Shown here piece by piece: positions 10,901 through 23,832 of a stretch of DNA of 64,000 nt. Made by a program: the position numbers and the translations under genes. The number at the start of each line of letters is the position of its first letter. Position 1 is the first letter of the stretch. The DNA lies in contig OX337241.1 of assembly GCA_946965045.2 (NCBI GenBank), positions 310,001-374,000 of the forward strand, given 5' to 3'. The stretch is from Epithemia pelagica (lineage: Eukaryota > Protista > Bacillariophyta). Below the pieces are notes generated by a model. It saw only the letters and a list, made by a program, of their open reading frames with translations. It did not search any database and was not told the origin of the DNA.

Positions 10901-13808
10901 AACTTCTGGAATGAGGGCATTAATTGGGGCAATGTTGCTGTCCACTTCTGCACATATATGCAGTGCACCGATGGCTTCTTACTTGGTGCGAAATAATGGC
11001 TCAAGGTTTCGTTATTCACATGATTTTGCATATGTGAATCTCAAAAATTTTGAAAAAGCAACCTTGCAAGATTTGTCCCTTGATTCGATTGATGGAAACA
11101 CCTTTCTGACGTCAGATGTTGCAAATTACTTGTTCCACCCAGAAGAACTTGAAGATGTTTGTTTGTATGATTTTCTGTCCAACTTCACAGTGACCAGGAA
11201 AACATCAAAAAGCTTGGAATGGATCAAGGAACACCCTTCAAAAGACCATCTTGGTGTAACAGCCGCAAAACATACAAAGATACCACTTGTGACTTACAAA
11301 GATTTTGTTGACACCAAATATTTTGGGAATCGAAACATTGAAACAGAAGAAATGCCGGATGATATCTTGCACGAGGAACATCATTACATGGAACTTTATG
11401 CAAAAAAAGCAAACATCTTGTTCCATTCATTCAGATCCTTTCCAGGAGATTTGACAAAGGATGGTTCATTTGTTAAATGTTTCCAAGCAGCACTTCAGAG
11501 TGGAATGATCACAGCTGAGCATCGGCAAATTCTTGCTAATATTCAAGATTGTCGGAACAGTCTAAATTCTGGAAGACCAGTGGATCCTCTGGAAAAAGAA
11601 ACACAAAAGCCAACTGACAACTGTTGTGTCCATGATGAATATGATAATGAAAATGATGAGGATAGTGCTCTTCACAAAGATTTTGACAGTGCCTTTGAGG
11701 AGCTTATTGAGACGGTCAATGACATGAATGAGACAGGACTTGACTTGAGGTCGCCAACCAACATTTATCAGATTCCATCATGTATCATTTGCAAATGTGG
11801 AACATCAAACTGTGGCATTCAAAACATTGTTACACCTGTTATAGATGAAGACAACGGCTTTACAGGAAATGTTCTACAGCTCCTGGAAGACACCTCAGCT
11901 TCACATGTGGGTCTTGAGTCCACCCCTGAAACGTCCTTTTCTCATCATGTAATCAAAGCAGCTCTTCATGAATTGGCAATTTCACGGACAGAGAGAATTA
12001 CAGCTGGTGATGGACAGCAAGATATCAAAGCGATTGGGACATTGAAAAATATACGCGAATATGCAGCCCACCATTTCAGAGACGATATGGATCAGCGCTA
12101 TGCATTCGAAGCAATCATTTCTGCTTTTATATTGCGTTTGCATGATGAGGCAAACCGAAATTCAAATACAAATCCTGAAGCAATGCCTACACGGAAACGA
12201 CGGAAACTTGACAACATTCAAAAGACATTGCAAAAAGTCAACAGGGGAAACCAATTCATTGCATTTCTATCAGGAACAGGGGGGTCTGGGAAAAGCCACG
12301 TTATCAAAACAATTGTACGATACGCCAAAAATTTGTGCTACAACCTCCACATCAGGTATGACAAGAGAACTATTGTCGTTACTGCTCTTACAGGTGCTGC
12401 GGCAGTTGGGATAAACGGAGAAACAACTGCTATGGCTTGTGCACTAAACAGAGCAATTACCGAGGAACCAGAGCAATGGAAAAATGCTTATCTGTTGATC
12501 GTTGATGAAATTTCATCTGCCTCAAAAGAAGTCGTTGATACTCTTGATCACAAATTGCGACAAATATTGCAGCCGGATGCAGCCTTTGGTGGAATTGCTC
12601 TTGTCTTTGCAGGTGATTTCACACAACTGAAACCAGTCAAAGCCCAACCATTATTCCTTTTTAAGGACTTCGTGAAATGGTATGACTGGGTACACACATT
12701 CCTTGAACTTAAGACAAATCACAGGTTTTGCCTTGATCCACCATGGGGGACAATTCTTGAGACATTTCGAGATGAGGGACCAAGCAATGGTGATGTGGCG
12801 ACAATCAATACTCGTGTTGTTGGATCTAAACATGGACCAACAGAGAAAGAAATTCCTCCAAATGTGGTTTATGCAACGAAAACTAATCTTGATCGAGCAG
12901 CAATCAATGATGCCATTTTTGCTAAACATCTGGAAAATACCCATTCAAAAGATCCTAATGTTGACCCTCCCATGCACACAATCTGTATCAAAGCGTCCAA
13001 CTTGAAGTGGAAAAAAGCGGGAACAAGAAATGACTATGTTGATTTCAACAAGGCAAGTGAAGATATCCTATATGCCACCTGTGGTGAGGGTCACTTGCAA
13101 GGACGAGACAACAAGAGATATGATCCACTTTTGAAACTGTATTATGAAAGACCGTTGTGTATCAATGAAAACAAAGACGTTGAGTCATGTATTGCTAATG
13201 GAGCCATGTGTGAATTCAATGGCGTTCTCCTTAAGCAAGGGGTGACATTAACTGATTTGGAGAAAATATTGATTGATGGATATTATGTTTGGAGTCTTAA
13301 GGTCACTCAAATCGAGGGAATCAAGGTGAAAATGGAAACCAGAACCATGTTGTTCTTTTGAAGCCTCAGACTGTTACTCAACAAGTGCAGTTCCCACTCC
13401 CCATGTTTGGCATGAAACGAGTGAGGAAAACGATGAAAATGACGCAGCTTCCTCTCAATGTGTCCAATGCAAGGACTGTTCATAAGCTACAAGGGAGATC
13501 AATCAAATTTCTTTACATATCAAACTGGGACTACACGGGCAATTGGAACTATGTTTGTTTGTTGACAGTTTGCCAGCTCAAAGGCCTTTTCCTTGCAAAA
13601 CCACTTATAGCCGACAAATGACTACACGGGCAATTGGAACTATGTTTGTTTGTCGACAGTTTGCCAGCTCAAAGGCCTTTTCCTTGCAAAACCACTTATA
13701 GCCGACAAATGTCGTGGAATGTCTGCTGAATGTAAAGAGTTTCATGTACATTTCCGGACAACTAAACGTCCGCCACCCGCGGTTCAGCTCGATGAAAGAC
13801 TTAATTAA
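7915..13808 (+). pseudogene. Helitron RepHel (HUH Rep + Pif1-family helicase), frameshifted and decayed
   Basis: Three ORF pieces. N-terminal Cys motifs and IPKNAIING...TLNEVELALIS. Rep motifs LPSVMFTITP, VEEQGRKTLHDH, YMTCYISK. Helicase motifs GTGGSGKS, LIVDEIS, FGGIALVFAGDFTQL, TVHKLQGRS, YVCLSTV. Frameshifts at 8329-8334 and 13329-13332; a 91-bp duplication introduces a stop at 13621. Confidence 0.93.
13530..13711. repeat. 91-bp tandem duplication over helicase motif VI
   Basis: 13530-13620 and 13621-13711 differ at one base seen (TTGTTGACA vs TTGTCGACA). Confidence 0.95.
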
Positions 13809-14024
13809 CTTTCATTTCTAGGAAGTGCTGCCAAAGATAAATAGAATAGTCCTGTCCACTGTACTACTGATACTGAACTCAGCCGTCCTTTACCGCCTTG
13901 GCGGTTTCAATCTTCAAAACCTCGCACAAAAAGAGAACTTTGAAGCCACACATGCATCCAAGAAAGAGAACCTAACCATCATCCATCATCCATCATCCAT
14001 AAAATAACACAAACCAATGAGACC

Positions 14025-17000
14025 ATGTTCCGATCGCCACATCGTACCCTATCGGGCAATCCACGGTCCGCTCTGGTGACACCAGAGTCAGGGATGCAAG
14101 GAAGGAAAGGACATTGTCCAGACTGGCCCGACTGTAGCTGCTACAAGGCAAGATTTTATACAGCCTCTCCATCCTGTTGTGGACTCCCCATCAAGATAGG
14201 CCATTGCATCCAACCACCAAAAGTTATGCACGGGCCCTGGGGCCATGTCCTCTGTCCCAATGAGACATCTGATCGAGGAATTGCTACTATTCAGAGAAGC
14301 TTTATCAAGTCCAATCGCTTGCTCGAGAATGACGGCCCTCAGCACAGTTCGGTGCGACGCAAATTGACCTACGAACCATCCGACAACAGCCGCGAAACCA
14401 AGCGTCAAAAGACCAACCATGAGACAAGCAGCGAATACGAACATGTGCCTGCTACTGCTACAATTCCGATAACTCCAACAAGAGAGGATGAACGATCCCA
14501 CCATGACGAAACATACCCCTTTACGGACGAGCAACTTGAAATCATTGATTATTGGCCGGAAAAGGGACAGATTGTATGTGTCAATGCTTTGGCAGGATGT
14601 GGAAAAACCAGCACCATTGCTGCCGTATGCAATGCAATTGTGAAACGTGATGAATCTGCACATGTCTTGTACCTAGTCTTTAACAAGAATAATGAAAACG
14701 AGGCCAAAACGAGCAACAAGTTTCCCAAGGGCCCCATGGAGATTCGGACCACACATGCCTTTGCTATGCGGCATTACTTTGGAGCAAAGCAAATGCTTCT
14801 TGTTAAACCCCGTGGAACACATTCAAACAAGAGCATTATCCAGGCTCTGAGTTTGGAGAAGGATGCGTGTTTGCTCGAGGCCAAGAAATTGCTGGGCACA
14901 ACGAATCCAGGCAAAAAGTGGGAACGAGCAGTATCGACGGTTGCCACTACGATTCGCAGGACTGTAGAATCGTTTGAACATTCAGTCGACCCAAAAGTCA
15001 AGGATGTTCATGTTCCGTGGAGGTGGCGCAATCCGGAAAAACTTGCCATCCTGAACGGATCAAAACTCTCCAAGCGTACTGCATGGAAAATAGTCATTAA
15101 AGGGAGTCAGTTCGTTCGATGGGCGCAATTGTTCTTTGATCAAGTCCATCGCCAATGTGAATCTATACGAGATGAGGGCAAAGCGCCTCCTGCGTCGGAG
15201 AGACTCATTACTCACGACGACTATCTCAAGGTAGCACAATTGTCCAAGCTGCCTTTACCGTTTTCGCACGTTGCCATTGACGAGGCTCAAGATATGACTC
15301 CTTGTCAAGCAGACTTGTTTTGGGGACCACATCAGCGTCACGACAAAGTGATTTATCTTTTTGGTGATCAATATCAGCAGATTTATCGCTTCCGGGGAGC
15401 CGGTGACGATTTCCGTAACATGGGCAAGAACAAGGCCACATTTACTAATAATAAAAGCAGCGAATTGGAACACCACGGGGGCCTAGATCTACACGGGTTT
15501 GGCTTGACAGGATCGTTTCGCTTTGGGGACACCATTGCCCAGGCGGCGTCGTTGATTCTGGAAAAAATGGGCTCCCAACCGTTGCGGGGACTGTCGGTAG
15601 AGAAGGGACGAATTCGCCAGGACCGTGACTTTGTCAAGGGAGTTGTGGTGTGTCGAAGCAATAATGGAATGATTGAATTTCTACTTCACAAAAAGATACT
15701 CGAAAAAAAGCCGTTGCGTTGGTGCTTTTTGAATAGTAAAGCGTCTTTGTCCTTCCTAAAGATAAAGAGATGGATAAGGAATCTTGAAAATTTCATATGG
15801 TCGCTTCCCGACAACGACGACAAGACAGGTCACGACAATGGCAGTGCACATGTACCTGACCCAAGTGAATCATCGAGCAACGACCAAGAAACGAGTGAGA
15901 ATACGCCAGATGGCAACTGCATGAAAGGCGATAGTGAGCTTCAAGAAATGACAACTGATCATGTAAGCAAAACCTTCGTATCTAGTGACGAAAAAGAGCA
16001 AGATCCATCTTCCACTTTCAACAGGGAAACAAACGAAACAGAACATACGCCAACAGTTAGTGCTGGTAGAATGGAAAGTACGATTGGTTGGGTTTCAGGT
16101 GAAGAAAATGGCGTAAAAGTGGAGGTCGAAGAAATGGAAAAAGAACAAGATAAGGATGACGATGAAGATTGCCTGATAAGTGAAGATGGCTTCCAAGAAG
16201 AACCACTAAAGACTGATACCAGTACAGAGCCGGTTGACGAGCAAGACTTGAAACGAGACGAGCCTGAAGTTAAAAGGGAGACGGATTCTACCGATAAAGT
16301 CAAGAGTGCCAGCATCGATAAACAGCAAACAAACGAGGTTCCCGATTGTGTCATGAACGAGTCAAAGTCAAATAGTTCAGACATGAAACACAGCGAAACT
16401 GCAAATGAGCAAGACAGCCAGTGCTCCGCAAACAACAATGCCAGCGATACTTCTAGTACTACAGAGGAAAGTAGCAGCGATGAGTCCATCGCCGAAGAAA
16501 ATCACGACGATGATGGCGATCATGACAATAATGACCAAGACACGAGCATTGGAAGCACACCTTGTTTTGTGTATAAACGACAGCGCTTTTGGAGCTTGGA
16601 GGAAATCCAGGAATATATGGATGAAGAAGACGATCTGGAACTTTCGCGTCAATTTCACTTGCTTGTCATGTTGAAAACTACAATGTACGACTCGAGACAT
16701 TGTACAAGGAAATTCGCAAATCTCATTGTGAAATGGAAGAGGGGGAAACGGCGGATACCTATCGTGGTGCGATACTGACCACGACGCACAAGGCCAAGGG
16801 AATGGAGTTTGACAATGTCTTGGTATGGGATGATATCCGTTTCAAGGTCTTGATGAAATTGAATCAGCTTCCCTCTCGTTATGTGGAAGATGAAGCAAAT
16901 CTGTTGTATGTGGCCATGACACGATCCAAAGTCAACCTCTTTTTGTCGGTTACAGCGATGGACAACTTGAGGTCTTTGCAAAGCAAGCAGCATGCGGGAC

Positions 17001-17479
17001 CGTTTGGATTTGAGGAGGATCATGATGATAAAGAACCTGGTCTGCACCTTGCCAAATCACTTGAAACCTGTCGGAACGAATGGGAGGCCCAATGGCAAGC
17101 CTTTGAACGCCAGAAACCCACCACTGACAATCCTGCGCAGGACGACCCACAAACAACAACAACAAGCAATTATGTCATTTGTTCCTTTGACGATATTCCC
17201 TGGCCCACTGGCTACCAAGAAACCAATCCCTTTTCTCTGGATCCCGGAATGGAAGAAGAAGAACAAAAGGCGTATTTGCGAAAAATGATTCGTCGGTTCC
17301 ATACCGACAAGTTTCTGCCTCGAATGCAATCGCGACTCAACGTGGCGACCCAAGAACACCATCGGATCGTGGCAAAGCTCCATCATTTCTTTACCGTGGC
17401 TCGTGAAACCTTGCGCAGTTTGCAAGCTCCCAATCCGACGAATAGGGACGACTCGTCGGATGACTGGGACGGAGCATGA
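14025..17479 (+). CDS. UvrD/REP-family (FBH1-like) SF1 DNA helicase with C-terminal J-like domain; one frameshift
   Basis: ALAGCGKTS (Walker A), IDEAQD, FGDQYQQIYRFRGA, LTGSFRFG, VVCRSN, TTHKAKGMEFDNV, NLLYVAMTRSK. The two ORFs join by +1 A at 16674-16677. C-terminus has DIPWP...RRFHTDKF. Confidence 0.9.
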
Positions 17480-18695
17480 GAGGTGTTGACAAAGGAATTC
17501 ACATACAGTCAGGGACTCGACCAGTCAGGATGCTCGATTCCAGTTAACAAACTCTAAACACATTTTTTCGGGGAATTCATTCGTTGTAGTATTCGCATTC
17601 TCATAAAAAGGTCTGTCAGGATGATTGTAGTGTCATGTAGATTGCCGAATTATTCCTTGACATGGCATCGTCAAAAGAGATGGATTGTGACAGCTGACTT
17701 CTCGTCCGGCGCAAAGTGACAGAGGAGTTACCGGCGTGTTGGGGGAAATGCCTTGTCACCGTGATGTGACACGTGGAAGGATGGGAATCCCCCATACCGT
17801 TTCACACCCCATCGGGACCGCGTGTAGGACTCCACGCGATAGAGCGCCACGTCTCTGTCGTGTTAACTGGAAAACTCTGTGGAATCTGACGTAGCACTTT
17901 GTGCGACTGATTTATTAGGCGTGACCCGAAATCTGACAACGAAAAATTTCGCAGAATCCGAGACGTCGCTGCATCTGATTGTACACAATCAACAACCTAT
18001 CGTGTCACTGGCACAGTGGCATCACTTAAGTCTTAAGTTGAGTGTTGGTCTACACTCGGCGTTCCGATTTCCGATGATGCACGACAGACATGGACCATTC
18101 GGCTTCTCGCGGTGTGTGGTTTGGCTGCCACATCCTCCTCTCTTCAAGTCAACCCACATCCTCCTCATCCCTTTTTTTGTTTCAACTCTTTGTCGTCTGC
18201 GTCTGCCAAGAACTTGAGGAGAAACGAACAGCAAGCACCAAACCATATCTATCAACCACAAACAAGAACCACCAAAGTTTCATTCGTAACACCACCACCA
18301 CCACGACACTACTAGGCTTGAGTGTGTCACGATTGACAAAAGCCAATCACATGGACTATTCGTTTGGGGATCGACGATAGCTTTTTGTTCGCCTTGGCAC
18401 ACTTTTTTACCACATCCGTCAGTTGTATTGGTTGCAACAAGCACTTGGTCGATCTACTTACTCTCCAGGCGTGAAACCACAACAATAGACTTGTACCATC
18501 TCGATTGCAACTTGCTTGATTGCGATTGTGTTGTGTATTTTTCGAACAAACAACCACCAACACACACAAGTGCATGAATCTACCATCACCACTGTGCAGT
18601 AGTACGAATCAGTGACGACATACGGCTCTTGGTTTCACCCACCGACACCCAATCCACTCCTTCCACAGAAACAACCACAACAACCACAACCAAGG

Positions 18696-21600
18696 ATGCG
18701 GTCTCGCTCGAGTCGTTTGTTTGTGGTGCTTTTGCATTTGGTGGGTTGTCCGCAACATTTTCATCACACCTTTGAAGGGATTGTGGGCGTCCAACCCTGG
18801 CCCATTGTTCTAGAAACCTTGTCCACCGTACCGGGATGGCCCTCTTCGTCGCAACACGAAACACCACCAGACTTGCCGGAACCGGTGTGGTTGCAAGATG
18901 CCGTGACGCAAACCTGTCTGGGTCCGCAGGGAACCTTTACGGCCGATTGTGGCGATGCCACACTCTGGCTACCCGTTCCACAAGCCATTGCCTCCACCAC
19001 CCCCACCACGAGGCGGCGGAGAAGGAGGCGGCGGGGCGATTCCCACAGTGACAACGACACCACTGAATCTCGCGGAGTGGTCTTTTATTTGGTCGATCGA
19101 GATGTGGCCGACATGTTGGAGGGGACCCTGGAATCCTTTCGTAACAACAACAACAACAACAAGTCGGTGGTCTGGTGGAATCCCCCTCGAGCCTGGAAGC
19201 AACGGCGACAAGCCTTGCCGCCCTTGGAATGTTTGGTGTGGGATTCCAACAACGACGAGGTTTCGATTCAAGTGTGCGATCCACGACCGCATCGCATTCC
19301 TCGAACCTCGGCGCTGCCGCAGTGGGCGTGGAGTGTCGAGGAAGATTCGAGTTTGCGACCCGTCGTACGGGCCAGAGAAGGGACTGTTTCTTCCTCCACA
19401 ACTCCAAGAATCGAGGAATCACCACTGGACACTCCTCTCTGTGCCACCTTGCGACCCAACGAATCACCACGGCATTCGGTCCACTTGGCGCCCTGTCAAG
19501 AAACACCACTCTCCACCACCGCATCCGAGGCGACTGCGGACCCGCCATTCCAGCAACCACAACAGCAAATTGAACTCAGCTTGGTGCGGTATTGGACCAA
19601 CAACAACAACAAGGAACATGCCACACGTGCCGGCAATCCGGAAGGCCCCTCTTCCAATACCAACAACAAGAACAAGAGCAATGGCCACCAAGACGGTTGG
19701 GGGAACCAAGAATCAATGGAAGAGCAACCGGATAACGAAAATGACGCTGCTATTCAAGAGTCTCTATCGGAATCGTCGCCCTTGCCCTTTCGCAAACGCG
19801 ATTTGGCTCACATGGCGGCCTTGGATCGAAGCATGCATCCCGAATTGCCCTCCCGTCCTCGATTGCTCTTTGAGGCACGGAGTCACAACAATAAAAAGGA
19901 GGGAGAACGATCCCACTCTTCCACCAAAGGTACCATGAATGTTCAAATCAAAACCAAGGAACGTTTGGCGACCTTGCACAATGCCAATCCAATTCTCTTG
20001 GTGGGAGGTGCAAGTAGTAGCAGTTCCTTGCATGATTCTTTGACGGTCAGCAGCAGCACTGCGGCTACCGGAGACTCCTTTGCTTCTTCTTCTTCGTCGG
20101 TGCACCATCGCAAGCGACGCATTCCGGTGCATCCGTACATTGCCGACTGCAAGAATGAAGTATGGACCGATCCACAAACGGGGTTGGACTATCCGACTGA
20201 TTTGTCGAGTTATTTGGGCTACGATCGCAAGGAAAAGGGTCGTCATACCATCATGGGAGTGGGCCAATATCGCAAGGGCTACGTCATTAAGGTCTACGGC
20301 ATTGCCTACTATGTGTCCAAACGCGATGTCTTGGCCGATCCCTTTTTTGAACAGTACGCGGACCTGTCGGCCGACGAACTCCGACAACACCCGGAATTCT
20401 TTGAACATTTGCGGTTGCACCCGCAAAACTTTGAACGGTCCTTGTACATTAAAACCAACATGCAATTGTCGGCCGAGGCCATTCGAGGTAGTTTACAGGC
20501 CGATTGGTCCATGTTGACGGAAGAAGCCAAGGATTTGATTTTGGAATCCAGTATGCGACCGCAGCCAGTGGATGGCCGGACTTTGGAGATTATTCAAGAT
20601 GCGAGCAATCCCAGCAAGTGTTCCTGTGAATCCATTGCGCCCGAGGAATACCATGCCGATACGTCCTGCTGTGCCAGGGGAACAGAATTGGTCTTCACCT
20701 GGCTCAAGAATGGCGATGTTGTGGTAAGAATCTAAATGTGTATCCAACTCTGCATATCGTTCCAAAGGTGCAGTCTGATTCTGACATGGTTGGACTTTTT
20801 GTCGTACTCGTGTTGCTCGTTGACAGTGTCGTTTGAATGGCCGAGTTGTGGACGTCTTTCCGAGACCTGACATTGCCGAAGGGATTTTCTTTGAATACTT
20901 GAGGAACGACGATCCCATTTCCAAGGAATTTCATGACAATGTTGTGGATGGATTTCCCTTTTTACTGTCACCCCTCACACAAGTGCAGGGCTTTCATCAG
21001 CATGTCTCGCCCTCCCCTAAACAGGCGGAGGAAGACGATGAAGCAGAGGGCGACTCTCACACGCATGGTGTTGCGTGGCTGGGTGGAGCCGTCCAGTTGG
21101 TAGGAAGGGGGATCATGCATGTCGGTGAAAGCATGGTTTCCCATGCTTCCTCCATGGCGGAAGGAACCCAACGCACCATGACCAATGCGGCCAGCCATGT
21201 TCAGCAGGGAGCCAAGACAATGTTGGACTCGGCGCGGTCCATGAGCGACGGCATGGCCAAGGAAATGACGAGACGGCGAGAGCTGGTCGTTCGACGTGCT
21301 ACAGGCTTTTCCGACATGGTCCTGACCACAGTGAAACGCAACCCCCTTCACACATTGCAACAGATGCTACGAGGACACCGCATCGAAGATGATCCGTCCT
21401 TGCTCCAAGCCGAAGACCTTTTGCAGAGCAACTTGGAGGCGGCCGCCGCGCAAACCAAGAATCGTCGACTCTTGTTGGTGTCGCGGTGGCTGGGAGATGT
21501 ATATTATTACGCTCCCGATGAAATTGGCCCCATGATTATTCATCCCACCATGAATATGACGCGCAAGATTTTCTTGTTCTTGGTCCACTTGTACTTGCTG

Positions 21601-22233
21601 CTGCTGGTTATTGTCAGTTTTCCGGGATCCTACTCAACCCGTACCAAGTTTATCTATTGTCGCAAAACCCAGAAACTTCGTCGCTTGTCCTCCTCCTCTT
21701 CCATGGTCCTGGAAAGTGACTTGTCTGCCCTTTGTTTGGACGAAGACCCGGATGGTGATTACGAAGAAGACGAAGATGAGGATGAGGAGGAAGACGATGG
21801 AATGGCCTTGAGCGAACGAAGCAATATTACATTGAGCGAACGAAGCCGAAGCCTGCTGACTCCCTTTCGAAGAAGTAACTCGAACTCGACGTCACCACCA
21901 CCGTCACGGTTACCCTTTAGTCCTCGGTATGTTCGACGAGGGTTGCTGAAATATCCCATGCGTCGTCGGCAGTCCAGCCCATCACGGCGGGGGTCTTCCT
22001 TGAGTGATGGTGAAATCGACTATTCGGTGGACCACAATGAAGCCAGATCCGAACAAGATGAAGAAGAAACGGTCGGCTCTGCCTTGAAGGAGAACACGTG
22101 CAACCGCCAAGAGTCGCAGGAAAGACGATTAAGTGCCCGAAGAGCAGTATCATCGTTGGTGTTTGGTGTTCGACAATTGTCACCCTCCTTGTTGAGCAAG
22201 CAGAGCACTCGATCCAACAGTGACACTGGATGA
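18696..22233 (+). CDS. Chalcone-isomerase-fold protein with low-complexity arms and one predicted TM helix; intron 20724-20826
   Basis: MGVGQYRK..IKVYGIAYY...RSLYIK...ELVFTW|CRLNGRVVDVF..IAEGIFFEYL. A phase-0 intron (GTAAGA...GACAG) joins the ORFs at 18612 and 20833 in frame. First in-frame ATG is 18696. Confidence 0.8.
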
Positions 22234-22706
22234 TGGAGAACGTATCCTTTGATTTTGGTTGTTGTTGTGAGTCCTTACAGGGAGCAAACGCAACCAACAG
22301 TGTACGGAACGATCGTGTTCGTTTTGTGGTTGCCGTTGCATCTCCAGTGGTTTCTTGCCTTGCCTTGATTGGAGGCATCGTCTACATACACCTGGAGGCA
22401 ATCAAATGGGCTTGAAGCGCTGCTTCGTGTAAGTCTCTTGGTCCTCTTCACGTCTCCCTTTCACGTTCTTAGAGAATTGCAGTGGAATATGTAATCTTAG
22501 AATCATGTACGTTATAGTTACTACCACTACGGTTTGAAACCATCAATAAGGCTCTTTCCGAGAACATTGCTTTAGATTGCTGAAAAACTCGCGTTCTGTT
22601 TACGTTCTATGTGCTGTGATGATTTGTTTGACTTTCTGGCTTGATGGTCGTCGTTTCTTTCTACAACAAGGACTGCCACTCTCGTCGTCGTCGTACTCTC
22701 GCAGTA

Positions 22707-22985
22707 TTACTTTTTCTTTTTGCGATTCAACAAATCCTTCTTTTCGGGATGACCGCCAAAGGTTCGTGTCTTGACAAAGACCCCGAGTTTTTGCCCCACC
22801 ATGTCATCTCGAATCGTCACGGGCATGAACACCCGTCCATTGTGGACCGGTACCGTCTTTCCCACCATGGATCGGGTAATGGGCATGTTTCGTGGCCATC
22901 GATGATAATTGTTTTCCAAATAGGCCTCCTTCATGAGTTGCGCCATTTTGAATTGCGCGCGCTTCAACGCCTTGGCCGACGACAT
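22707..22985 (-). CDS. rps19: Organelle/bacterial-type ribosomal protein uS19
   Basis: WPRNMPITRSMVGKTVPVHNGRVFMPVTIRDDMVGQKLGVFVKTRTFGGH matches the uS19 signature VHNG...MVGHKLGEF..TR; basic tail; 92 aa. Confidence 0.9.
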   Translation of the reverse strand: MSSAKALKRAQFKMAQLMKEAYLENNYHRWPRNMPITRSMVGKTVPVHNGRVFMPVTIRDDMVGQKLGVFVKTRTFGGHPEKKDLLNRKKKK

Positions 22986-23832
22986 GATGATGAAGATGAT
23001 TTCAGTAGAATGTGTCTGTTTCCCGTACTATACAATGTCACGAACGGATTGAAACACAAGGCATGCACAATCAGTACCTGAACACAGTTGACAAAGGAGA
23101 GAGTGTGGTGGTGATGCGGGGTGATGTGTGATTGCAATGGGCATGGGCGGCCGCCATGGTATCTTTTTCTCCGTCGCTGTCCGTCCCTCTGTCCTTCTGT
23201 GTGGCCCACCTTTTATTGCGCTATCTGTCTAATAACTATCCGGCAACCTATGATCTAGCTAGCCCTCTTCATCTCATAGGATCGGCCTCCTCCTCCGAAT
23301 GTAGACTCATATAGCTCAGGATTCGTCCAATTTATACATTCAACCTCGTTTGAGGTGTGCCACTTTTGTCTGTCTTGGGATCTCTCTACTACCTAGAGAC
23401 ACATCACCAAATCCTCGAACCTCATATTATACAGAGGATGCATGGTTCCGTTTCATTCCTCCCCATTGCTATACTCCTATTTTAGGTTGTGTGCGGTTGG
23501 AGCTGCGAGAGTTCTTGTGGTGGTATCTCTACTGTATTAACAGACGAGAGTGTGGTAATTCCCATGGGGGACTCCCGTCGTTTGGAGGGTGGTCAGTGGT
23601 CCCTTTGGTGGTTCCTACAGTATTGCTTCACCACCACCATTTGCAAAAACCCTTCTCGTCCAAGGAGATGGCCAATGGTACTACCATGTCCTTCCTGGGG
23701 TTCCTATTGTATTGCTTCAACACCACCTGAAAAACTCTTGTCGTCGTAATCCACGGCACCAGCCGGACGTGCGAATCCATCTCCTGGTTGTGGATGATGA
23801 GAGACTGGACTTGTAGTAACGACTCGGCATTT

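Larger units (their letters stand above)
1566..13905 (+). mobile_element. Helitron-type rolling-circle transposon, boundaries unresolved
   Basis: RepHel gene is certain. Extent is inferred from dense internal tandem repeats upstream and a GC hairpin ACCGCC-TT-GGCGGT at 13892-13905. No canonical 5'-TC / CTRR-3' pair identified. Confidence 0.5.

Noticed and set aside
17819-17839. CGCGTG...CACGCG hairpin as a Helitron 3' end beyond the UvrD gene
   Set aside because: No CTRR at the expected distance and no second copy to test against.
23350-23830. Several short overlapping ORFs around a ~90-bp local duplication
   Set aside because: No coherent frame or family.
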